Source: Planctomycetota bacterium
GTDB lineage: Bacteria > Planctomycetota > GCA-002687715 > DRQF01
Assembly: GCA_036479435.1 (NCBI GenBank)
Contig: JAZGFI010000229.1
Coordinates: forward strand, 1-11,905
Direction of reading: 5' to 3'
DNA length: 11,905 bases
Positions within the stretch are counted from its first letter, which is position 1. Each line of letters opens with the position of its first letter. The position numbers were made by a program, and so were the translations under genes. A model generated the notes under the pieces. That model was not told the origin of the DNA, did no database searches, and was given only the letters and a program-made list of their open reading frames with translations. Below are positions 1-6,889 of the stretch, in pieces.

Positions 1-32
1 ACGCCCATTACAAATTCGCTATCGTTACTCAT
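1..32 (-). CDS. 5' start of a gene running off the left edge (MSNDSEFVMG(V)...); product unknown, N-terminus compatible with a ROK/ASKHA sugar kinase
   Basis: ATG at 32-30 (minus strand), GGAG Shine-Dalgarno at 43-40 and an open frame to the window edge. 'FVMGV' resembles the hydrophobic strand preceding the D-x-G motif of ASKHA kinases, but only about 10 codons are visible. Confidence 0.5.
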   Translation of the reverse strand, partial: MSNDSEFVMG

Positions 33-73
33 GGCCGGTCTCCGTTTTTGTTTTGAGAAAAACACTGAGCCCC

Positions 74-95
74 ATTTTAGGTGAGCTCGACGACG
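74..95 (-). promoter_or_regulatory. Putative promoter of the left-edge gene: -10 hexamer TAAAAT with an upstream CGTCGT element 10 nt away
   Basis: The minus strand reads CGTCGT-CGAGCTCACC-TAAAAT, about 40 nt upstream of the ATG at 32. The -10 is a 5/6 consensus match and there is no canonical -35. Confidence 0.35.
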
Positions 96-117
96 GAGGC
101 CGGCCCTCTCATCTCAT

Positions 118-153
118 CTGGCACCGGATAGTGACGGCGTGGTGCCTGGCACC
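118..153. repeat. Short intergenic palindrome GGTGCC-T-GGCACC (141-153) with a second CTGGCACC copy (118-125)
   Basis: Seen directly in the sequence, immediately downstream of the stop codon of the 160-537 gene. Confidence 0.45.
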
Positions 154-159
154 CATGAT

Positions 160-537
160 TCAGTAAATTAGGGACTTTTCGAAGACTTCGTCGAAGTCAA
201 AACCGTTGGCGAAGTCTTCTTTGGTGTCGGTGTCTTGTTTGGCGAGGAGCTCGACTTGGATCATCGAGAAGACGATTTCGCCGAAGTCCTCGGTGCGGGA
301 GATTCCCCAGAGGCGAAAGACCGACTTGGTGAGGAAGCCAAACATCTGCTCAGCGTAGTCGCGAATGCCCTCGCAAAGCTCACCGCCATTGATATGGCCA
401 AGGCGGCCTTTCTTGCGGAATGAGGCCAGGGTGTAGTTGAGGGCTTCGAGAGTGAAGTCGTAGGCCTCACCGCGATAGCGTCCATCTTCTTGAACCAATT
501 GGTAGATGAGGTCGGCTTTATCTTGGCCATGGCTCAT
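160..537 (-). CDS. Minf_1886 / TIGR04138-like conserved protein of PVC bacteria, function unknown (125 aa)
   Basis: Characteristic motifs DxRY..EAYxF..EAL.YT, HIxGxELCEGIRxYA..xFG, WGIxxTEDFGEIVF and DxxEDFxxGFDFDEVF. The ATG at 537 is preferred over the GTG at 570 because a GGGGAGGG RBS lies just upstream. Confidence 0.85.
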   Translation of the reverse strand: MSHGQDKADLIYQLVQEDGRYRGEAYDFTLEALNYTLASFRKKGRLGHINGGELCEGIRDYAEQMFGFLTKSVFRLWGISRTEDFGEIVFSMIQVELLAKQDTDTKEDFANGFDFDEVFEKSLIY

Positions 538-646
538 TCTTAGCGCCCTCCCCAGAGTGCAAACCGACACAGAAGCGCGTTCCCTCTGCCGACGGAAGCG
601 AGGCTTCCTCTTCTATTCAACACCATGGGGAGACATCTGCCAAGTC

Positions 647-1579
647 TCAAGGAGATGATTCGCGTCGGCGCTTGCTGGCAAGGCGGCGCTGAATCTTGAT
701 CTTCAAAGACTCGACGACGATTCGAGGAGAGACGTTCGCACTGAGTCGGTTTTTGGCGTCGAGAAGGTCAGCAATGGTCTCAGCGTCATGGTCGAGACCC
801 CATGGGCTTTGATCTTGAGCAAGCGACTCGATGGCGAATTCGAAAAGGCGGCGGCAGCGCTGCCTTGCTTTGGCCGCGACCCGCATACCGCTGGATTGGA
901 AAAACTCATCGGCGAAGGCAAAGGGCCCGGGGCGGGGACCGAGGAGGGCTGGGACCAGTGCCATCAGATCCCGCGAAGACGCATCCGAGAGCCAGGCGAG
1001 CGCCGCCCCCGGGGCCCCTCGAGACAAAGACAGGGCCGTGGCGGCTTCCTTTTCCCCAACGCCGAGACGTTGAGCAATAAACTGCTCGGCATCGGCCCCG
1101 AACACGGGGCCAAAAAACACCGATTGAAGCCGCGAGTGAATCGTCTCCAACAAAGCACCTGGCTCATGGGTCACTAAGATGATCAAGCCATTTCGTGGAG
1201 GCTCTTCCAAGAGCTTGAGGAGTGAATTTTGGGCCTCAACTGCCAAGCAGTGCGCGTCTGCGATGAGGGCCGCCTTGCGGTCGGCCTGGTAAGGAGCCAA
1301 CGCGAACCACTTCTTAAGGTCACGCAAACGTGCGATGGGAATGGTGGTTTTGCCTTCCTCTGGCGCCAAGAGCTCAACGTCGGGGTGGTTCTCAAGGGAG
1401 GGACCGCCTGCAAACAATGACGACAAAAGTTCGGTGGCGAACAGCTTCTTGCCACGTCCGCTCTCGCCGTGAAACAAAAAGCCGGGAGGAACGCGCCCGT
1501 GGGACAGGACACCTCGAAAAAACTGCTTGGGGCCCGCGTGACCGACAACTCGAGAAAAGTCCGGCTCGGGCGAGCTCAC
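647..1579 (-). CDS. holB: DNA polymerase III subunit delta' (clamp loader AAA+)
   Basis: Motifs VVGH, FLFHGESGRGKK (degenerate Walker A), NHPDV, AQNSLLKLLEEPP, LLETIHSRLQ and GAPGAAL. The GTG start overlaps the TGA of the upstream DnaA-like gene (GTGA). Confidence 0.9.
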   Translation of the reverse strand: MSSPEPDFSRVVGHAGPKQFFRGVLSHGRVPPGFLFHGESGRGKKLFATELLSSLFAGGPSLENHPDVELLAPEEGKTTIPIARLRDLKKWFALAPYQADRKAALIADAHCLAVEAQNSLLKLLEEPPRNGLIILVTHEPGALLETIHSRLQSVFFGPVFGADAEQFIAQRLGVGEKEAATALSLSRGAPGAALAWLSDASSRDLMALVPALLGPRPGPFAFADEFFQSSGMRVAAKARQRCRRLFEFAIESLAQDQSPWGLDHDAETIADLLDAKNRLSANVSPRIVVESLKIKIQRRLASKRRRESSP

Positions 1580-2931
1580 GAGTCGCCGAACGGCGACGAG
1601 CCGGTGCGGCGGTTGGCAAGTCTGGTCATGAGGTCACACAAGGCGGCGTCGCTTTGGATTTCACCGCGATAGCGATTGTAGATCAGATGGATCGACGTGT
1701 GGCTACGGTCACCTAAGATGCGACCGATCTCTTTGAAAGTCAGTTGGTGCTGATCTCGCAACACACAAACGACGACGCCCCGCGGAAGCCGCAGAGACTT
1801 CACCTTGCGTTTCGAGAGTAAGGCACTTCGCGTCACGCCAAAATGTTCCGCCGATGCTTTGATGATCGACTCGTACTCACTGCCCCGCGACGCCCCGAAC
1901 AGATCGCCGCGGTGTTTGGCAATAAACTCGGGCGTCACCGGCTCGCGTAGCAACGCGGCGTAAGCGTGAATGCGCAAAATGCATCTTTTCAAAAGGCCCA
2001 AGCTGCCGTGACAATCCGCGACCAGAGCTTTCAAGACATCTTCGCGAAGAGGTTTGCGGTCGGGGCCTAAGCCCTGGCTCATGATCTTTACCAAGGAACT
2101 GTGCGAGTAGGGTCGGATCTCCACGACAAGTCCCGCGTGCAGCTGAGATTGAAATGGCTGCGAAACATTTTCGATTTCTTGGGGACGATGGCGTGACGCC
2201 ATGGCCACCTGCTTGCCCGATTCCAACCACTCTTTTAGCCGTGCGACAAATTCAACTTGAGTCGCCTTTTTGCCTCGAAAGCGATGAACCTCATCGACGA
2301 CGATGACACCAAAACCATCGTAGAAGCTACGGAATTGATCGACGGTCTTCATCTTCAGCGCCATCGTAAAGTGCGACGTGAACTGAAGGGCATCCGTGAC
2401 CAGCACTTTCGGCGCGTCCTCGCCATCTAGCTGCGCCTGGGTGCGAAAGCAGCGGACAAGATGAGTCTTGCCCAAGCCCGACGGTGCGGCCAAGAAAATA
2501 GGATTGAAGGTCGGCTCTTGGCGCTGAACCGCGTGCCGAATGGCCCGCCATGCGAATTCGTTTTCTGGAACGACAAAGAAGCTGTCGAGGTCGGCATCTT
2601 TGTCAACCGCAGGTGTGGCGTCCAAAACGTCCATGACTTCTTCAGCGCTGATATTCTCGCGGTGCTTTCGGTAGAGTTCAGGGTCGACTTTGACTTCGAC
2701 TTTGATGGCCGTACCCAGAACACGATTCGCGGCGCGGCCAATCATGCGCCCGTAGCGCTCGTCGATGAAATCTCTAAAAAAGAGATTCGGAACGCCGATC
2801 GTCAACGTCCCGCGGTAGAGGTTTTTGAGCAGAACCTCGCGAAACCAGATCTCGTAGGTACGCGATCCGATTTCTGTTTCGACGAGAGACAGAATCTCTC
2901 GGAAGCTTTTGACGGCGAGGCGGTCGGCCAT
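1576..2931 (-). CDS. dnaA: DnaA-family protein (divergent paralogue of the chromosomal replication initiator), 451 aa
   Basis: Full DnaA architecture: domain I (YEIWF...LTIGVPNLFFRDFIDERY), AAA+ (DSFFVVPENEFA, FNPIFLAAPSGLGKTHL, IVVDEVH, GKKATQVEF) and domain IV (FGVT..LLSKRK, PR, TFKEIGRILGDRSHTSI). Several catalytic residues are divergent and there is no dnaN next to it, so it is probably not the main initiator. Confidence 0.85.
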   Translation of the reverse strand: MADRLAVKSFREILSLVETEIGSRTYEIWFREVLLKNLYRGTLTIGVPNLFFRDFIDERYGRMIGRAANRVLGTAIKVEVKVDPELYRKHRENISAEEVMDVLDATPAVDKDADLDSFFVVPENEFAWRAIRHAVQRQEPTFNPIFLAAPSGLGKTHLVRCFRTQAQLDGEDAPKVLVTDALQFTSHFTMALKMKTVDQFRSFYDGFGVIVVDEVHRFRGKKATQVEFVARLKEWLESGKQVAMASRHRPQEIENVSQPFQSQLHAGLVVEIRPYSHSSLVKIMSQGLGPDRKPLREDVLKALVADCHGSLGLLKRCILRIHAYAALLREPVTPEFIAKHRGDLFGASRGSEYESIIKASAEHFGVTRSALLSKRKVKSLRLPRGVVVCVLRDQHQLTFKEIGRILGDRSHTSIHLIYNRYRGEIQSDAALCDLMTRLANRRTGSSPFGDS

Positions 2932-2937
2932 AGGGTG

Positions 2938-5787
2938 CTATCGGGTTTCTTGTTCGGCTTGTTTTTCGGCTTTTCGGAGAAGCGACTTCGCCTCACCATT
3001 CTTCGGATCAACTTCCAACACGCGCCCGAGATGGTAGGCAGCTTGATCAGTTTCGCCAAGGTGCATCAGCACCTTCGCGAGTTCAAACCTGACTTTGATC
3101 TCAGCCGTACCGCTTAGTCCCAAGTCCAACGCGGTCTCGAATTCTACGCCAGCCTGCTTCCAATCGTCCAGCCCTTTCGCGAGTTCGGCGCGCTGTTCAT
3201 AAATCCTCGGATCAAAAGGACTGACTCTTGCAATCTCATCGAGAAGAGTCCGCGATTTTTGCCATTCTTTTTTTTGCTTTCGAAACTCAAAAAGTTCCCA
3301 GCGTGCTTCCACCGCAACATCGACCAAGGCACAGAAACGCTCCGTCCATGCGGCCCAAGCATCGAGGTCGCCCTCGCCTCGTGCCAATCGAGCCAAATTC
3401 AGATAGGGACTCGCCTTGGGGTCGGCAAGGAAAGGATTCGCAATGGCGGCGCGGCGCCAATACTCGATCGCTTCAACGCTCTTTCCGGCTTTTTCAGCGA
3501 AACCCGCCAGCAGTGCGAACAACTCAAAATCCTCGAAACCGGAATTTTCGGCACTCGCAAAGTACTTGGCGGCAACATCTAAGCGCTTTGCCCGTACCGC
3601 CCTCAATCCGAACAGAAAGTCGATCCTGGGGTCTTTGACGCCAGCGCGGTTCAGTTTTTGCAACACGGCGTCGGCATCGAAATCTCGGCCATGCCTAAAG
3701 TGACCCCAAGCCAACTTGATACGGTTTTCGTCGACATCTTCATTATTCGCGATAGCGTCGCGAAAGCGGTCCAGGGCGGTTTCGGAGTAGCGCGGCATGC
3801 GCTTCAAGGAGCCGAGGTGTTTCTCCACAAAGTTACGAAAGCCCTTGTCGAATTCCTGTGGAGAAACTCCGAGGGCCTCACGTAACACGGCGCGGCTGTG
3901 CTTGTCCTCGCCGTAGAGCCGCAACATTTTTTGGATCGCCTCCATGCCCCAATTTTTCTCTAACCACTGCGAGCAAAGCCCGGCCTGAAAATAGGCAAAT
4001 ACGATGGCCGAAGTGCTGAAGGCCTTGTCGAACTCCAAGACCCCTAGTAATTCGTCGCTCGCCCAGGCATCGTGAAGGAGAGATTCAAGATTTCTTCCCC
4101 AGGAGGGATCGCGGCGAACTTCTTCCCATGACGAAAGGCCTTCAGTGAGCCAGCGCGGCACCCGGCCGCCGCTGAGCTGAAGCGTGAAGACGTGGGCGAT
4201 CTCGTGATGCGCGGTGCCCGCCCAATTATAAGTGCCAGGGCGGCGAGCCCTGGGGCTATCCATCGCCACGGTCGATCCAAAACACACTCCGAGAGCGGGA
4301 AGCCCTCGCGTGCCCATCGTCCGCACCGAAAAGTCCTTCGATCGGCGAAACACTTCGAAGATAATCGGGGCTTTCGGCGTGAAGCCGTAGCGTTTCACGA
4401 GTTCGTCCCAACTACGCTCGATGAAGGCCGGAAAGATCCGTTCGAGTAGGGGTCGATCCGTCTTGTGTAGTTTCAAGACGTAGTGCGGGGTCAAGGTCGT
4501 CTCGTAGCTCTTTTCCAACAGCCCCAAGACGGTGTACATGTTGTTGCGCCACACGTTGCCGTAGCGCACCAGACTGTCGGCTTTTTTGAGCGCCGCGCGC
4601 CCTTCTTTTTCTTCCCCGATGTAAATGGCGTAGCGCGCAAGGTCATCCCAAAGACGAAAGTTCGCGGGGTCGACCTTGACCGCCTCCCTCATAACCCCCA
4701 AGGCTTCTTCCCAACGCCTGCGATCGTTGAGGGCGTCGGCGATATAGCGAAAAAGTTGACCGTAGGTTGGATCTCGTTGAAGGATACGCCCCTTCAGCTC
4801 ATCAAAGACTGCGGTCTTGCCTTCGAGCCAGGCTTTCGACGCTAGCCCGGACAAGCAGGCGAGGTGGTCGGGATTGGCGGTGAGGCCCGCGCGAAAAGTC
4901 TGCTCTGCCTGTTGCCATTGAGCATCCCCGAGTTCATTCATTCCGCGCATCGCCAAGGCATCGGGGTGATGGGGATTGGTGTTTAGGACGCGTTCGATCA
5001 GGTTGATCCGCTCGCCCTCAGCCTGCCCGAGGCGCAAGGCAGCGGCACGAGCCTGCCCGAGCAAAAACCCCGGCCAGTTCTTGCGCAGTGCCAAAGCGTC
5101 TTTGAACTCGCGCTTCATGTCCGACGGACGTTCCTTGAGCCCGCCGTAGACCTCGGCCAACTCGACAAAGGCCGGCAGGTACTTCGGATCGGCCTTCTGC
5201 GCCGAGACCAGCGCTTCTTCGGCGTAGTCGCCGCCATGGGGGTAGAAGCGATAGGCCCGCGCCAAAGCAGTCAGGTCGGCCGCCCCCCGAACGACCTGGG
5301 ATTTCGCCTTTTCGACGATCGCGCTATGAAGCTTCTCAGCTTCAGCGTCGCGCCCGCGATTCAGATGAATCTGCGCGATGCGGCCGGGCACCTGGTACTT
5401 CGAAAGCTCCGGATCTTCGACCCTCGCCAAGAGTTCGAGGGCATCATCATCTCGCCCCTTTACTCGCAAGAACTCAAGGTGGTCGCAGATTCGATTCCAG
5501 TCGCGCGGTTTCTCTTTGAGCCTGGCCGCGCTCAACTCCCCGTAGCGTTCGTACTGTCCGGTCGCGAACAGAGCCAACAGCAGCTTCGGCGCCACATCTT
5601 CGTCATCCGGCTCTGCGGCGAGGACTCTCTCGAAGTACTTTGCCGCAAGTCGCCACTGACCTCGCGAGTAGCTGCGCTCAGCGCGTTCGTACCAACGGTC
5701 GATATCCTCTTCGGACTGACCCAAAACCGGTACGGAGTTGATACTTAGCAAGGTCAAGATTGTCAGGGCAAAAACGGCTGCGCGCAT
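2938..5787 (-). CDS. Exported TPR-repeat protein with a central HEXXH (gluzincin / peptidase MA-like) domain, 949 aa
   Basis: Sec-type signal peptide (MRAAVFALTILTLLSINSVPVLG-Q) and many TPR-like helices ending in DP/NP. HEIAH (4192-4206) is followed by PRWLTEGLS and a downstream AYFQA motif. Confidence 0.85.
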   Translation of the reverse strand: MRAAVFALTILTLLSINSVPVLGQSEEDIDRWYERAERSYSRGQWRLAAKYFERVLAAEPDDEDVAPKLLLALFATGQYERYGELSAARLKEKPRDWNRICDHLEFLRVKGRDDDALELLARVEDPELSKYQVPGRIAQIHLNRGRDAEAEKLHSAIVEKAKSQVVRGAADLTALARAYRFYPHGGDYAEEALVSAQKADPKYLPAFVELAEVYGGLKERPSDMKREFKDALALRKNWPGFLLGQARAAALRLGQAEGERINLIERVLNTNPHHPDALAMRGMNELGDAQWQQAEQTFRAGLTANPDHLACLSGLASKAWLEGKTAVFDELKGRILQRDPTYGQLFRYIADALNDRRRWEEALGVMREAVKVDPANFRLWDDLARYAIYIGEEKEGRAALKKADSLVRYGNVWRNNMYTVLGLLEKSYETTLTPHYVLKLHKTDRPLLERIFPAFIERSWDELVKRYGFTPKAPIIFEVFRRSKDFSVRTMGTRGLPALGVCFGSTVAMDSPRARRPGTYNWAGTAHHEIAHVFTLQLSGGRVPRWLTEGLSSWEEVRRDPSWGRNLESLLHDAWASDELLGVLEFDKAFSTSAIVFAYFQAGLCSQWLEKNWGMEAIQKMLRLYGEDKHSRAVLREALGVSPQEFDKGFRNFVEKHLGSLKRMPRYSETALDRFRDAIANNEDVDENRIKLAWGHFRHGRDFDADAVLQKLNRAGVKDPRIDFLFGLRAVRAKRLDVAAKYFASAENSGFEDFELFALLAGFAEKAGKSVEAIEYWRRAAIANPFLADPKASPYLNLARLARGEGDLDAWAAWTERFCALVDVAVEARWELFEFRKQKKEWQKSRTLLDEIARVSPFDPRIYEQRAELAKGLDDWKQAGVEFETALDLGLSGTAEIKVRFELAKVLMHLGETDQAAYHLGRVLEVDPKNGEAKSLLRKAEKQAEQETR
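3819..3867. repeat. Perfect 11-bp inverted repeat GTTTCTCCACA-N27-TGTGGAGAAAC inside the TPR gene
   Basis: Arms at 3819-3829 and 3857-3867. Each arm contains TTCTCCACA, one mismatch from the DnaA box TTATCCACA. The repeat is directly visible; its function is unproven. Confidence 0.5.
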
Positions 5788-5902
5788 GAAGTCAGGCTCG
5801 GCTCAAGGAACTCGGGGAGCGTTCGAACCAACAGGATAAGGAACGATGAGCCAAGGTGGAAGCTCGACTTTTATTGTCGCAAACAGTCCGAGATGAAGAT
5901 TA

Positions 5903-6889
5903 CTATCCCAAGGAATCTTGGAGGCGCTTGATTTCGGCCGCGAGGGCGCTGCGGTACTCACCCGGCGACTCGATGAAGGCCTCTGGGCCTAGAGTCAAAA
6001 GATAGCGGGCAATGGCTTTCGGACGGGAAGTCGACAGCGTGAGGGTTAGAGTCTCACCTTTTTTGTCCCAGCTCCATTGCGTTTGGTCCAGAGTCTCAGC
6101 GATGTGTCGGGCGGACGCGCCGGTGGCCTTGATGACAACTTCAGTTTCGTCTTGGCCTCGGCTCGAGAAAATTCCCGCGCGAGTAAACTCTTCGAGATCA
6201 AAATCAGGATCGGCCTCGAACGTTTCTTCCAAAAGCTGTGCGCTATCGATGCGATCCAGGCGAAAAGACACGGTGTGCCCTCGGCGCTGGTCCCAACTTG
6301 GGACGTAGGTGACGCCGTTTTGAACCACGATACCTTGCGGGTGCACGATGCGTACCCGCAGGCGATCCTCTCCACCGGAGAGGTAGGCAATTTCTGCCTT
6401 GTGCCGTTTCGCGATAGCGATTTTCAAGAGCGCTAAAATGGGAGAGGACGCTTCGGGGTTGTCGTCAATGCTCACCCGCTCTGATTCGCGCAGGAACACC
6501 CGCTGCTGCTCGGGCAGGGCCTTCTCGATCTTCTCACGCAAAGCGGAGATGCGCGCTTCCACTCGGGCGTCGCGCCCCCCCGGAAACCAAGAAGACGCAA
6601 GCGCCAAATGAAGCGCGGTGATCTCGATCGGCAATAGGGTCACGGGCCGTTTGAAGTGGTCTGCAAAACTGCAGTGAACTTCATCGCCTTCCATCCAAAT
6701 GCTCACGTAGTCGTGAGGCATGTAGGGAGGCGCTCCGCACAACATCAGAGTCGGAATCAGCTGGTCCACAATGGTCTTTTCGCTGAATCCACTTCGTTTG
6801 GAGAGTTCCGCGAGTTTGATTCCGGGATTCTCACGCACCAAGGGCACGAGATCCAAGCAGCGCAATACGGTCTCAAGCGACAGATTCAC
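5903..6889 (-). CDS. pafC: PafC-like HTH-WYL-WCX transcriptional regulator
   Basis: PafC-specific N-terminal signature LMLCGAPPYMPHDYVSI (actinobacterial LWMCGLPGY.PGDLIDF) and FKRPVTLLPIEITALHLAL. WYL domain R.VHP...TYV..W......FRLDRI and WCX end LLTLGPEAFIESP. The GTG start overlaps the pafB stop. Confidence 0.85.
   Translation of the reverse strand: MNLSLETVLRCLDLVPLVRENPGIKLAELSKRSGFSEKTIVDQLIPTLMLCGAPPYMPHDYVSIWMEGDEVHCSFADHFKRPVTLLPIEITALHLALASSWFPGGRDARVEARISALREKIEKALPEQQRVFLRESERVSIDDNPEASSPILALLKIAIAKRHKAEIAYLSGGEDRLRVRIVHPQGIVVQNGVTYVPSWDQRRGHTVSFRLDRIDSAQLLEETFEADPDFDLEEFTRAGIFSSRGQDETEVVIKATGASARHIAETLDQTQWSWDKKGETLTLTLSTSRPKAIARYLLTLGPEAFIESPGEYRSALAAEIKRLQDSLG

Noticed and set aside
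548..569. Perfect TGTCGG (PafBC -26-like hexamer) on the minus strand upstream of the TIGR04138-like gene
   Set aside because: The hexamer 10 nt downstream is GGGGAG (the RBS), not TANNNT, so the promoter geometry fails.
538..646. oriC next to the dnaA-like gene
   Set aside because: The dnaA-like gene has essentially no flanking intergenic DNA, and nearby gaps lack DnaA-box clusters or an AT-rich unwinding element.
2461..5748. Long plus-strand ORFs (for example 2461-3117, 3228-3638, 4483-4845, 5236-5748)
   Set aside because: Antisense shadows of well-supported minus-strand genes in GC-rich DNA, with no recognisable motifs.
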